A stretch of DNA of 64,000 nucleotides, taken from positions 48,360,001 through 48,424,000 of the forward strand of contig OX597832.1 in NCBI GenBank assembly GCA_951406725.2. Direction: 5' to 3'. The notes under the pieces were generated by a model that searched no databases, was not told the origin of the DNA, and worked only from the letters and a program-made list of their open reading frames with translations. Both the position numbers and the translations under genes were made by a program. Positions 42,974-57,100 of this stretch are shown here, piece after piece. The stretch is from Octopus vulgaris. Its lineage: Eukaryota. Numbering within the stretch: the stretch's first letter is position 1; every line of letters begins with the position of its first letter.

Positions 42974-43446
42974 TGTATGTATGTATGTATGTATGTATGT
43001 ATGTATGTATGTATGTATGTATGTATGTATGTATGTATGTATGTATATATATATATATATATATATGTGTGTATATTTGTATATGTATATATATGTATAT
43101 ATTTATATATATATATAATGTATGTATGTATATGTGTATATATATAAGTGTGTGTGTTGCATTTGGTTTTGGTAACAAATTTTCAAAGTGTCAATCTGGA
43201 AAAAAAAGCAACAACAACAAAAAACAGAACAAAAAAAACAAAAAAAACTCTAGATTCTTCAAGTAAAGCGATGTACCAGATAACACCTACATTACAAATA
43301 CTCTCTACAAGTGGAATGGAAAAAATACGCAAAACATTTTAAAAGTTTTGTACGTAAACTTTTCTCCTTGATGTTGTCTAAATTTCAGCAATGGAACTTT
43401 GTTTCTTTGTTAGAAACTAACTTCTTCGTTTCAAGAAGCCTTCTGA

Positions 43447-44214
43447 TACATACATATATACATACATACGTACATACGTACATACATACATACATACATA
43501 CGTACATACGTACATACATACATACATACATACATACGTACATACGTACATACGTACATACGTACATACGTACATACATACATACATACATACATACATA
43601 CATACGTACGTACGTACGTACATACATACATACATACATACATACATACATACATACATACATACATACGTACATACGTACATACGTACATACGTACATA
43701 CATACATACGTACGTACGTACATACGTACATACGTACATACGTACATACATACATACATACATACGTACGTACGTACGTACATACATACATACATACATA
43801 CATACATACATACATACATACATACATACATACGTACATACGTACATACGTACATACGTACATACATACATACGTACGTACGTACATACGTACATACGTA
43901 CATACGTACATACATACATACATACATACGTACGTACGTACGTACATACATACATACATACATACATACATACATACATACATACATACATACGTACATA
44001 CATACATACATACATACATACATACATACATACATACGTACATACATACATACATACATACATACATACATACATACATACATACATACATACATACGTA
44101 CATACATACATACATACATACATACATACATACATACATACATACATACATACATACATACACACATACATACATTCATACATACATACATACATACATA
44201 CATACATACATACA
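43447..44214. repeat. (TACA/TACG)n tetranucleotide array
   Basis: Direct inspection; source of the long YIHT/MYVC ORFs. Confidence 0.95.
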
Positions 44215-44599
44215 CCTGGAAATCAGCTGCCCTCTGGACACAAAGTGAAAGAGGAGATCCATGGACCATTGATAAAGAGTGTGCAAATTCCGTACCCAGC
44301 ATACACTTTCAACTTCATATCTATTAATATTGGAGCAACAACATATATACCAACCAGTCTGGAGCAAAATATGGCTGATCTTGGGATCTTGGAGAGTAAT
44401 ATATGAATATAATACTTCAGTCTTTATTTGATTGCTATAGATACATACATACATACATGCACATATACATACATACATACTTACATGCACACATACATAC
44501 ATGCATACATACATACATACATAAATACATACATACATACATACATACATACATACATACATACATACATACATACATACACCTGTACACACACATACA

Positions 44600-44865
44600 C
44601 GACGGTTGCGACGACGAGGGTTCCAGTTGATTCGATCAACGGAACAGCCTGCTCGTGAAATTAACGTGCAAGTGGCTGAGCACTCCACAGACACGTGTAC
44701 CCTTAACGTAGTTCTCGAGGAGATTGAGCGTGACACAGAGTGTGACATGGCTGGCCCTTTGAAATACAGGTACAACAGAAACAGGAAGAAAGAGTGAGAG
44801 AAAGTTGTGGTGAAAGAATACAGCAGGGTTCACCATCATCCCATGCCGGAGCCTCGTGGAATTGT
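44600..44865 (-). mobile_element. SINE family C
   Basis: CGACGACGAGGGTTCCAGTTGAT.CGATCAACGGAACAGCCTGCTCGTGAAATTAACG; homologous to 59783-60100. Confidence 0.75.
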
Positions 44866-45434
44866 TTCGTTCCATATATATATATCTGTGTATGTATGTG
44901 TGTGTATATGTTTGTGTGTTTGTGTTTGTCCCCGCAACATCGCTTGACAACCGATGGTAGTGGGTTTACACCCCGTAACATAGCGGTTCGGCAAAAGTGA
45001 ACCGATAGAGTGTGTGCTAGGCTTCCAAAGATTAAGTTCTGGGGTCGATTTGCTCGACTAAAGGCGGTACTCCAGCATGACCGCAGTCAAATGACAGAAA
45101 CAAGTAAAAGAGAAAGAAGAGAGAAAAAAAAAAGAGATTGTTATTGTAACAATTGTTGTTCGCCTTCTTGTCCACGTAGTGACAAAAATAGCAACATCAA
45201 CATTTTCTGCATTGTTGTATTTATTGTTTTCAAAATTTGGCACAAGGCCAGTAAGTTTGGGGGAGGAGCTAAATCGTTTACCACAGAGCTTAGCATGTAC
45301 TTGTCTTATCGACCCTAAAAAGATAACTGGAAAAGCCGAGCCTGGTGGAATGTGAACTCAGTACGTAAAGATGGACGAAATATCACTAAGCATCTCACTC
45401 AGCAAGCTTTACGACTTTGCCAACTCGCGGCCTT

Positions 45435-45435
45435 A

Positions 45436-45470
<35 letters not shown>

Positions 45471-45484
45471 AATAATACTAATAC

Positions 45485-45544
<60 letters not shown>

Positions 45545-45669
45545 TATTAATGATGGTAATAATAATGATAATAATGATATTAATAATGATAATAATAATG
45601 ATAATAATAATGATAATAATAATAATTATAATTATGATAATAATAATTATTATAGCAATGATAATAATG

Positions 45670-45744
<75 letters not shown>

Positions 45745-45882
45745 GCTATAATAATTATAATAATAATACTGATAATAATAATACTTATAATAATGATGAT
45801 AATAATGATGATAATAATGATAATAACAATGATAATAATAATAACAATTATAATTATGATAATAATAATTATTATAGCAATG

Positions 45883-45980
<98 letters not shown>
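45435..45980. repeat. (AAT/GAT)n array
   Basis: Direct inspection. Confidence 0.95.
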
Positions 45981-45981
<1 letters not shown>

Positions 45982-46489
45982 TTTTCTTTGTATTTAGTAA
46001 TGCCATGTTTTGCATTGTTATCCTTTTATTGTTTGCTACATTTATTCATTTATTTTATAAATTCTTCACGAAATTCCTTTGGACATCTGACTAGTAATAT
46101 TGCGTTAAATCTTTATAATAAAATTATTGAACCTTCAGTAATATAATTTTGTTCAAATGGATCCTAATGGAGGTAATTTTTATAATATTTGGCAGATATT
46201 TTTTGTCATGTCTAATTGAAGTTCCATCATCAATCATGTCCTTTGGTTGATTTAATTAAGAAATCCAGAGCTGGAATCTGAAGACGTAATAGTGCGACGT
46301 CATTTTCAACTTAATTCTGAGAACTAAAGCGCCGCCACTGGTACCAAGCTCTAGCTGCCCTTGATCTCATGGACAACAACGCTGGTGTACACAGAGGCGA
46401 GAACTCCTGTGTGGACCATTGATATTCTTCTATACAAACTCAAGGTTTGAGCCCAGGAAAGAATATTCTCTGGTCGCTTCACCACATAA

Positions 46490-46680
46490 TATCCTTATCC
46501 TAATCCATCTTTATCCAGGGCTTCACCACTCCTAAAAGAGAAACTCCACCCTGGTCTCATTCCATCGTTGTCTGTCTCTGGCCTGTCGTGGACGTGTAGG
46601 CCCCAAAGGGGATGTGAAATCATCTTGCTATATTGTCCTTGGTCGGCCTCTCATTCGTCGGTCCATTGTTATCCACTCAA
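46490..46680 (-). mobile_element. RTE-like LINE 3' end
   Basis: Minus strand W…RRMRGRPRTI*QDDF…RQARDRQRWNE, followed by a GGATA-type tail. Confidence 0.6.
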
Positions 46681-47014
46681 ACTGAGATACAAAACTTCAC
46701 GGAATGACAAAGACAGAAATGTCATAGTTTAATGAATTTTGGTGTCTTTTACAACAACGAAGAGCTCTAAAATCTATACCACAATAATACAAAAAAAATC
46801 AACTAGTTCGCAACACATCTTTTACCGGTAATCGGCAATTTGGCAGTTGTGGGTTGTATACAACAGGCACTTTGCCCTTCATCACTTTGGGATCTACGAA
46901 ATGGGTACAAGTCAAGCACCGGGGTAGATGAAATCGACTAGTCCCAGCCCTACAAAACTTTCAGAAAGGATTTTGAAATATCATTTTTAATCGGCAGAAG
47001 TATATTTACGTATA

Positions 47015-47350
47015 TATGCTGAGACCCCCTTCGGACATGACTGACCATGGGATTGCACCTAGAAAGCTACCCTCCCAAGCACAAGTCCGGGCAAGGTTGT
47101 TTATGGAAGACCAGCAGTCGCCCATGCATACCGGCCTCCCCTCTCCACGCCTCCAGTGTTATCCAAGGGAAAGGAAAAAGCAGATACAGCTTGGAACCTG
47201 TGATGTCGCATTTCTACAGCTGAGTGAACTGGAGCAACGTGAAATAAAGTGTCTTGCTCAAGAATACAACACGCAGCCCGGTCCGGGATTCGAACTCACG
47301 ACCTCACAATCGTAAAGCTCGACCTCCTAACCACTGAACCATGTTCTTTC
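47015..47350 (-). mobile_element. tRNA-derived SINE
   Basis: Minus head GGTTCAGTGGTTAGG…GTGAGTTCGAATCCCGG; body shared with 26130-26245. Confidence 0.75.
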
Positions 47351-47361
47351 ACACGTATATA

Positions 47362-47690
47362 TATAGGGAGAATTCACACACAAAAAAACAAAAGACGATG
47401 ACAGGCGGTGTAGACAACAAACAGATGTATTAGTTTAACGCTCGAGAAGTGAAAAATTCTTTAACGTTTCGAGCCTATGCTCTTCCACAGAAAGGAACAC
47501 AGAGTAACAGGGAGAGAAAATGAAGAATGTGTAGTGGCTACCGTTCAATCATGGCGAATTCCGGACAGAGGGGTCACACAGTAGAGCTAGGAAGTAGGGG
47601 AGATAATAAAGTAGTGGTGATCCCAAAACGAAGGTGAGCGTGCGTCTGTATAAGAGAGCATGTAACGAAATTAAGTGTGCGCAAACTGTG
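47362..47690 (-). mobile_element. Penelope-like pLTR-type fragment, family P1 (longest copy), with HHR-like motif at 47459-47494
   Basis: Minus strand: cttt CTGTGGA A GAGC atag GCTC GAAAC GTT aaag; 3' end abuts (TA)n. Confidence 0.65.
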
Positions 47691-47833
47691 AAACTGGTAT
47701 ATACATGCACCATCACACACCATCATGCATACTTTACACACATATTGTAGCAACGCACACACACACACATACATGCACATACACAAACATGTATATGTAT
47801 ACTTGTATATATATATATATATATATGTATACT

Positions 47834-47886
<53 letters not shown>

Positions 47887-47928
47887 TAGTATATATGTAT
47901 ATATATTTGAATATATAAATATAAATAC

Positions 47929-47961
<33 letters not shown>

Positions 47962-48057
47962 TGTATGTATGTATGTATGTATTCATGTATGTATGTATGT
48001 GTGTATATATGTATGTATGTATGAACGTATGTATGTACGTATGTATATTCACCTTCA

Positions 48058-48115
<58 letters not shown>

Positions 48116-48545
48116 CATATACACACATGCACATGAGCATGTACATGTGCTTGTGTGTGTTTGTTGTTCGTTCAAAGTGTCTCTGCACTCATAGACATCT
48201 CGAAAAACATATGAGTGTACACACACACACACACACACATACATACACACACAGAAACATAATGCTGTAGGCTATAACTTACGTCAATATAGCAAATAGT
48301 AAGAAGAAGAAAAAAGCAAAAGGTACGTTTATGCTGTTGTATCTGCATGTTTATTATCGATGACTATTTTCTATTCTTCACATGGAATGGTGTCTCCTAT
48401 TGAGAAGGAAAGGAAATACCATGATGAAGAAGATGATGCGCTCGCGGTGATATTTGGTGGAAACTACACAACGTAAATATACTTCTCATGAATTATATAC
48501 ATACCTGCATAGGTCTGTGTACGTACTTTTACACTTGTGTACATA

Positions 48546-48585
<40 letters not shown>

Positions 48586-48599
48586 TACACACACATATA

Positions 48600-48724
<125 letters not shown>

Positions 48725-48859
48725 AGGTACACACACGTAAAGACACACACATATATATAAATATATTTGTGCGAAAGACTATGAGTGTAAATATAGATGC
48801 TATATTTTACATATGCACATATACAAACAAAAACGTACATATACAAATATATGTATATA

Positions 48860-48920
<61 letters not shown>

Positions 48921-49384
48921 GATATTTACGGTTGAAATATATATATATATACCTTCATATGCATGTGTATATATACGTGTGTGTATTTATACATACCTTC
49001 ATAGACATGTATACTTATGAGGGTGATTGCAAGCGCGAATGTGAGTGTGCGTTTATGTATGTGTTTGTGTATGTGTGTGCTTGTGTGTGTCTGTGTGTGT
49101 GCTTGTGTGTATGTGTGTGAGTGATATTGAATATTCAACATGGTTGTCCATTAGCAATTCAAAGGCACGAAATAGAGTCACGTCTGAAAAGATATTTTTG
49201 TTTGGTTCACAGATTTTTCAGACATTGTATATTACCGTTATGTAATCTGCGAATATTCCTTACCCTCATTACATTGTATATACCATCTTTGATATTACAT
49301 CATACATACATCAACGTACACGCACACACAAACGCACGAAACCCCAGAAACCCTCAGAAGCACATATAAACACATACATACTTA

Positions 49385-49423
<39 letters not shown>

Positions 49424-49438
49424 CATATACATACATTT

Positions 49439-49539
<101 letters not shown>

Positions 49540-49637
49540 TACATATATATATATACATAATACATACATACATAATACATACATACATACATACATACAT
49601 ATATGCATGCATATATGCATGCATATATATATATGTC

Positions 49638-49668
<31 letters not shown>

Positions 49669-50787
49669 ATATATGTATGTATATATATATACACGTACAC
49701 ACTACACACATTCATGTATACATTAGACGAAGATTTCTCCACTGAGCTTGTATTATACACTTCCTTTCTTCAGCTATTACTTCTCTCAATGAAAAAGAAG
49801 TCACCATTTTCGATTGCTGTAGGTCTTAAGCTGTCACAAATACAGTTGATACTTTCTCTTCTTCCTAGATAATATCATGTGAATTTGTCTTACAGTATAA
49901 AGAAGGAAAAATCAATTGGTTCTATAGAAATAGGTTAAAAGCCTTTTTATTATATGAAATGCCATACTTTTCATAGGTAAAGAAAGACACCGGGAAGAGT
50001 GATAGCATAAGAAAGGAAAAAAAAAAAGTGCTATATTTCACAACGATATTTACATGTTTGAATTACAAAGCGAGAACTAAGCTATCTGTTCTCAACGTTT
50101 TAAGGGTTAATGTCTTTTAAACATGTCACAGTTAACATTTCAATAATTTGCTCTGCTAGCTACAGTTCTAAACGATTATTTCTTCTGTACTTAAACTGAA
50201 CATGTAGTATTCTAACATATTTAGTGAAAAAATACAGAAAGAAATAAGGGAAAGAATCATACATGCTGTGTTTTAACAATTACTGTCATACTTTATTATA
50301 CACTGTAAAATCTGTCGATGGCGTTCTCAATAGCTGTTTTGAGTAACATTTGAACGTTAGATCAATGCTGCTTGTCTTCTCTCTTTATTTGGTATTAGGA
50401 AGACTAGACACCCTGGCTCTACTCAGAAATTATTCCTATTGCTTGAAGTACAACTTTCAACTGGAATTAATGGAAGAAGCGGCCACAATGCATAATGGAT
50501 ATTAATTATTTTGTTGCGTTCAATTCAAGTAATGTTGTTAGCCGGGAGATGAAAAAAAAAATTGGGAGTAAACACAAGTAGATTCTTTACAGAACATCCT
50601 GAAGACGTTTCATTTACTGGAAGAATCTCAGAGCTATTTTAACTAGCTGATCCTCCTCTGCATCAAATGTCGTATACAACAGTGCTTTTCAAACTATCTG
50701 ATATGGCGTACCGGCAGTTATTTTTTCTTATATGCCAGGGACATGTAATATTTATTAGTAATATTAATCTATACCAGAAGCAATATC

Positions 50788-51165
50788 CTCTTTACTCTCT
50801 TTTACTTGTTTCAGTCATTTGATTGCGGCCATGCTGGAGCACCGACTTTAGTCAAGCAAATCGACCCAAGGACTTATTATTTGGAAGCCTAGTACTTATT
50901 CTATCGGTTTCTATTGCCGAACCGCTAAGTTACGGGGACGTAAACACACCACCATCGGTTGTCAAACGATGTTGGGGGACAAACACAGGCGCACAAACAT
51001 ATACATACATACATATATATATACATATATACGACGGGCTTCTTTCAGTTTCCGTCTACCAAATCCACTCACAGGGCTTTGGTCGGCCCGAGGCTATAGT
51101 TGAAGACACTCGCCCAAGGTGCCGCGCAGTGGGAATGAACCCAGAACCAGCCACTCCTGCGCTAC
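50788..51165 (-). mobile_element. SINE family A
   Basis: Reverse complement of family A with a head deletion. Confidence 0.85.
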
Positions 51166-51350
51166 TATATAACACACCACCATCGGTTGTCAAGCAATGT
51201 TGGGGGGACAAACACAGACACACAAACATATACACATTTATTTCAGAAATTTTTACTACCAGTAGACTAGCGTGGATTTGAAAAATTATAATGTATAAGC
51301 ACAGGACACATGCTGAATTGCCTCGTGCTTATATGTTTAATCTAGACGTA

Positions 51351-51419
51351 CCTGCTGACGAAGACTTCGCCTAGCAATTTACTTTATTTGCTAAAAAAAG
51401 TCTGAAACCATGGTCCAGG
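51351..51419 (+). ncRNA. Type I hammerhead ribozyme, copy 1
   Basis: cctg CTGACGA agact…(tagcaa/ttgcta)…agtct GAAAC CATG GTC cagg; palindromic stem III ACCATGGT; predicted cleavage after C51415; stem I extendable by atcta/tagat. Confidence 0.85.
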
Positions 51420-51656
51420 AGATAGATGGTAAACGTTTTTCTTTTCATTCCCTTCGAAGTTTATCCCTAATAGTGGTTTGGAATTTTAGCTGTTCCTTCT
51501 AGCGTGCAAGGAATCCTATGACGGATACCTCTTATGTGTTTAAATGTACACTGTATTTATATGAATAATATATAATCTATTGACAAATTTTTTTACACAC
51601 TAGGCCACTGGTAGTAAAAATTTCTGAAATTTTTTCTTACCCTGATATTATTAATT

Positions 51657-51733
<77 letters not shown>

Positions 51734-52050
51734 GACGGGCTTCTTTCAGTTTCTGTCTACCAAATCCACTCACAGGGCTTTGGTCGGCCCGAGGCTATAG
51801 TTGAAGACACTCGCCCAAGGTGCCGCGCAGTAGGAATGAACCCAGAACCAGCCACTCCTGCGCTACTATATAACACACCACCATCGGTTGTCAAGCAATG
51901 TTGGGGGACAAACACAGACACGCAAACATATACACGTTTATTTCAGAAATTTTTACTACCAGTAGACTAGCGTGGATTTGAAAAATTATAATGTATAAGC
52001 ACAGGACACATGCTGAATTGCGTCGTGCTTATATGTTTCATCTAGACGTA

Positions 52051-52118
52051 CCTGCTGACGAAGACTTCGCCTAGCAAATTATTTTATTTGCTAAAAAAGT
52101 CTGAAACCATGGTCCAGG
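52051..52118 (+). ncRNA. Type I hammerhead ribozyme, copy 2
   Basis: Same fold as copy 1; predicted cleavage after C52114; stem I extension catcta/tagatg. Confidence 0.85.
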
Positions 52119-52355
52119 AGATAGATGGTAAACGTTTTTTTTTTTCATTCCTTTCGAAGTTTATCCCTAATAGTGGTTTGGAATTTTAGCTGTTCCTTCT
52201 AGCGTGCAAGGAATCCTATGACGGATACCTCTTATGTGTTTAAATGTACACTGTATTTATATGAATAATATATAATCTATTGACAAATTTTTTTACACGC
52301 TAGGCCACTGGTAGTAAAAATTTCTGAAATTTTTTCTTACCCTGATATTATTAAT

Positions 52356-52446
<91 letters not shown>

Positions 52447-52453
52447 GATATAG

Positions 52454-52500
<47 letters not shown>

Positions 52501-52524
52501 CACATATATATATATATGTACTTA

Positions 52525-52607
<83 letters not shown>

Positions 52608-52642
52608 ATATATATATATATACACGTATATATGTATGTATG

Positions 52643-52676
<34 letters not shown>

Positions 52677-53654
52677 TGTATGTATGTATGTATGTATAAA
52701 CGAAGAGCTTTCGTAAGTTTCCGTTTACCAAATTCACTCTCACGGGTATATTGTAAAAGACACTTGCTCAAGGTGCTGCACCGTGGGTCTGAACTCGAAA
52801 CTACATGACTGCAGAGAGAGAAAGCGAGAGAGACCTTTAACCAAGCACCCATTCTTGTAATGTATATATTGGTGGCAAGTGTAGACCATAACTCTTGTAG
52901 AACGTACAAACAGCGAAGTTAGCAACCAAAATAAAGACATCTTGGTTCACAGTAACATCAGTGAGCTTGGTAATAATATTGATTATACTAAGATAAGCTG
53001 TGACTTGCAGAACATGTGAGGCAAAACTTCACTTGAATGGGGGCTCCAACACGAGATAAATTTAATTCACCACTACAAGCCATCAAGTCATTCGTGAATG
53101 ATGTAGCATTGAGATGACTTTAAATACAAAATTAAATTAAGTTACTTTGTAAAGTTATTCTGTTCTGTCTGCACTAAAATCTGTCGATGATACTCAGTTT
53201 TAACTAACAGATGAAAGTTAAATCGATGCTACTAATCTTCTCTCTTTAGCAGGCTACCTGGCTCTCTTCCCGAAATTTCTAAATATGTTAATATCGTGTC
53301 TCGAAGTGCAGCTTAGAGCTGTAAAGAAGAGAAAAAGTAGCAACAATGAACAATGAATATATATATATATCATTTTGTAATATTCACTTCAAGTTTCTTG
53401 TTACCCTGCAGAAAGGAATGAGAAGTAACAGCAGTATTACTTCTCAAACACCTTATAGATATTTCATTTACAGTCAGAAAATAAGCGAAAGAGAGATAGT
53501 CATCTCTACATCTGTAACTGAAAAATGGTACAAAGAATCAGAGAAAACAGATTCTGTCGCCCAGTTTATTTTGTCTTTGTTTATGATTTTGATGACTGTC
53601 GATTTTACGCCTATTTCTAGGCATTGAATCCAGTTTTAAATTATAGTTTGATTC

Positions 53655-54400
53655 AAGGCGGCGACCGGGCAAAATCATCACCGCGGATAAGGCGACGGCG
53701 AGCTGGCAGAAACGTTAGCACGCCGGGTGAAATGCTTAGCGGTATTTCGTCTGCCGTTACGTTTTGAGCTCAAATTCCGCCGAGGTCGACTTTTCCTTTT
53801 ATCCTTTCGGAGTCGATTAAATAAGTACCAGTTAAGCACTGAGGTCGATATAATCGACTTAATCCGTTTGTCTGTCCTTGTTTGTCCCCTCTGTGTTTAG
53901 CCCCTTGTGGGTAGTAAAGAAATAGGAAAGGCGGCGAGCTGGCAGAAACGTTAGCACACCAGGAAAAATGCTTAGCGGTATTTCGTTAGCCCCTTGTGGG
54001 TAGTAAAGAAATAGGTATTTCGTCTGCCATTACGTTCTGAGTTCAAATTCCGCCGAGGTCAACTTTGCCTTTCATCCTTTCGGGGTCGATAAATTAAGTA
54101 TCAGTTACGCACTAGGGGTCGATGTAATCGACTTAATCCGTTTGTCTGTCCTTGTTTGTCCCCTCTATGTTTAGCCCTTTGTGGGCAGTAAAGAAATAAG
54201 AATCTTCACTGCGGCGAACAAGATGCTTAGCGATACTTCTTGTGGTTATTACGTTCTGAATTTTATATACCATCACAATCAACTCCATCTTTCATCCTTT
54301 TTGATTGATAAAATAATGATCAGCTGAGCACTGGAGTCGAGGGTCGATATTATCGATTTCCCCAATCTCCTCAAAATTGCCGGCCTTGTGCCAAATTAAA
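53655..54400 (+). mobile_element. Cluster of nested or tandem SINE family B copies
   Basis: Heads at ~53657, ~53692 and ~53930; several bodies. Confidence 0.85.
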
Positions 54401-55802
54401 AAAGAGTTTTAATTTGATTCTCCTGCAGGTATCTTATTTAATCTTCTTCATTTCCTTGCTGTATTTCATGAGTTTCAGCTACTTCAGTGTATTTATATGC
54501 GCGTTTCTGGTCTAATTCTCTAATTTTAGTGTCTTTGCCTAATTGAATAATCCCAGTTTACGAAAATTATCTTATAGTAACTCTAATCATTTTATATCAG
54601 CTTTAATTATCTTATAGCTGCTGTCATCATCTTGTACCAGCTTTAATTATCTTATACGCAGCTTTATCTAATTCTATACTCATTCTAATGAATTGGTTGA
54701 ATTAATGAGCGATTTATAATTTTTAATAATGTTTCCAAAGTGAATGTCATCTCTTGTAAACATATTTATGTCATCCATGCAGCGGATATAATTTATACTT
54801 TATCTGTGGCAACTACAACACTGAGTAACAGATTTTGTTTTTTGTCTTTGTTCAGTAAGTGTTATTTCGTATTTGCCTTCAATCTAGAAATCAAAGGAAA
54901 TGACTACTATTCCCTTCAAAGTTTGCTTTTGTCACCTGGACATCAATGTTTTGAAACTGACCTATTTTCCATTACATTTCAGACAGATCAGTGCCATGCA
55001 AATGAGTAATGAGGAGAGGGTGTCACCTTGAAAGATACCTCGTTTGACGTTGATGTTGTTAGATTGGCTAATCCCATTACTATGGTTTAGAAGGAGACAT
55101 GTGTTCCTCCTGGCCATGATACCTTGAAAGAATGTGGAGACGACAAGAGAGATCTTATGTATCTCAAGGGCTTTAAGTAGCCAATTATGTGGAATACTAT
55201 CAAACGCTTTCCTGTAGTCTATCCATACCATACTCAGGTTCTTCCTTTTGCTCCGGCAATTCCCTACAATCATTTTATTTACGAGTAATTGACCTTTGCA
55301 CGCATAAGAAATCCTTTTACAGTTTTTTTGAGTTTGTGGAAGGATAGATTTCTGTTCAAGGAAAGCGTATAATCTGTCAGGAGGCGAGGATCTTGTAGGT
55401 AGTGTTGAGACATGTTATTGGTCGGTACTTCTTTAGATTTTTGTGTTTTCAGTTTTTGGTAGAAGGTATGTTGTTCCTTCGGTCAGCCAGGCAGGTATTT
55501 GCTCTGGGTTCTGGATGACATCAGTTAGAGATGCAGCGAAATTTTGGCGTACATCTGTCAAACAATTCAGCCAGAAGTTAGGAATCCGGTCCAATCTTGG
55601 TGTTTTCCATTTGTGAGACTTCCTAAGAACACATCTTAGCTCTTCTGTTTCTATTGCCTCCCACTTCTGCTCTTCAACTTCGTCCAGTCTCACATTCTCA
55701 CGTTCTATCCAATCAGCTTCAGCATTATAATATTCTTGGTTGCTCCATATCTTCTTTCCTCAGTCTTAGGTGGTTCCTTTACTTCTATCTTACTTTTGCT
55801 AA

Positions 55803-56195
55803 TCTTTATATATAAAAGTGAAGTTGTGTCTGTCTCCTACGATTTAGATTCCTAACTAGTCCCACATTTTGCGGTGCAGTGTAACCAAAAGCGGGTATCT
55901 TATAGTCGTGATTCATATCGAGCCCTTCTGGGTATTAGCGCATGTCTACGATGAGTCTGCGATTTAAAAAAAAATTTACCATAATTTTTTCCCATTTTTA
56001 ATGCATTTTTTTGCTATTATATAAGGAAAGTAACTCTCTAAAAATGTATTATTAAATCTCAGAACGTAAAAAGCTACAGTAACCCCCCCCTTTGTGGTTA
56101 GCCATATTGAGATGGCTATTATACTTTACATCTCTAAAAATGCTTATATAGTTATTTCCCTTACAAACCCGAGCAACGCCGGGCGATACTGCTAG
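55803..56195 (+). mobile_element. Non-autonomous Helitron
   Basis: 5' TCTTTATATATAAAAG, 3' hairpin CCCGAGCAACGCCGGG then CTGCTAG; inserted between A and T with no TSD. Confidence 0.88.
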
Positions 56196-56281
56196 TTTCA
56201 CTATAAAATTTCAACGCAGCGTTAGCGCGAAGCAGCGTTAACGCGAAGCAGCGTCAGCGCGAAACAGCGTTTAGGCAGGAA

Positions 56282-56446
56282 CAGAATTTAGGCTAGTTGA
56301 AATGTGTTTGTCACATATTTCAACTGCTAAAAGGCGAATACACTGCGGTTACTGTGGAGAGAATTTTCCTCCGTGGTAACTGCAGTGTATTTGCCCTTTA
56401 GCAATTGAAACATGTGACGAACATATTTCCACTAGCTTAAATTCTG
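56282..56446. mobile_element. Palindromic MITE-like element
   Basis: ~78-bp imperfect arms CAGAATTTAGGCTAGTTGAAATG… / …ATATTTCCACTAGCTTAAATTCTG; related fragment near 10525-10580. Confidence 0.7.
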
Positions 56447-57100
56447 CTCTTTGATTTTATCTTTTTGCTTGATTTTTCTAGCTTGTTCTGTCTTAACATT
56501 TATTCCTCCAGCAAGTTCATCGAGAACTGATACATTCGCCCGCAGAAATTCAATCTCTTTTTGTATTACTACTTTCCATTTATGAGATCTATTGACATGG
56601 TTGATCCTTTTCTGTGTCGTCATGATACCTAATTGAGCAGTTAACAACTTTAGCAGTGGAATAGATGAGGTTGTTTAAGGTCGTTAGGCCATTTGCCATA
56701 TTTATTAAAATCTATCAAAGAGCAACATTATATATCATGACGATGCTGTTGTCTTTTTTTATGCTGTTTAAGAACTTTGGTAGCAGTTCTCTATTGATAA
56801 TGTCAGTAAACTCAGAGTTCTCTCATAATATCTTCTTATGCTTCTATAAGCTTCTCTATATTATTCACAAAAACACATTCTGGTGTTCTTGAGGTAGGCC
56901 TACTTCCTCTGTTTTTTCTGCATAAGTGTTCTTCGCTATTCTTCTTTCGGTTTCTTCGTTGGGATTTAATACTCGTACACTGGGTTCTGTGCATTTGTAA
57001 CCTATTTCAGCTGCATTGTTTCTGTTTTCATTTGGTCTACCATGAGATATTTGTGTCCTAATTTGGCTAATTTCAGCGTCAGTTAACCTTTTATTCTTAA

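Larger units (their letters stand above)
51031..52420. repeat. Tandem duplication of a ~700-bp unit (SINE half, HHR element, (TA)n)
   Basis: Unit starts ACGACGGGCTTCTTTCAG at 51031 and 51732; the copies are nearly identical. Confidence 0.92.
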
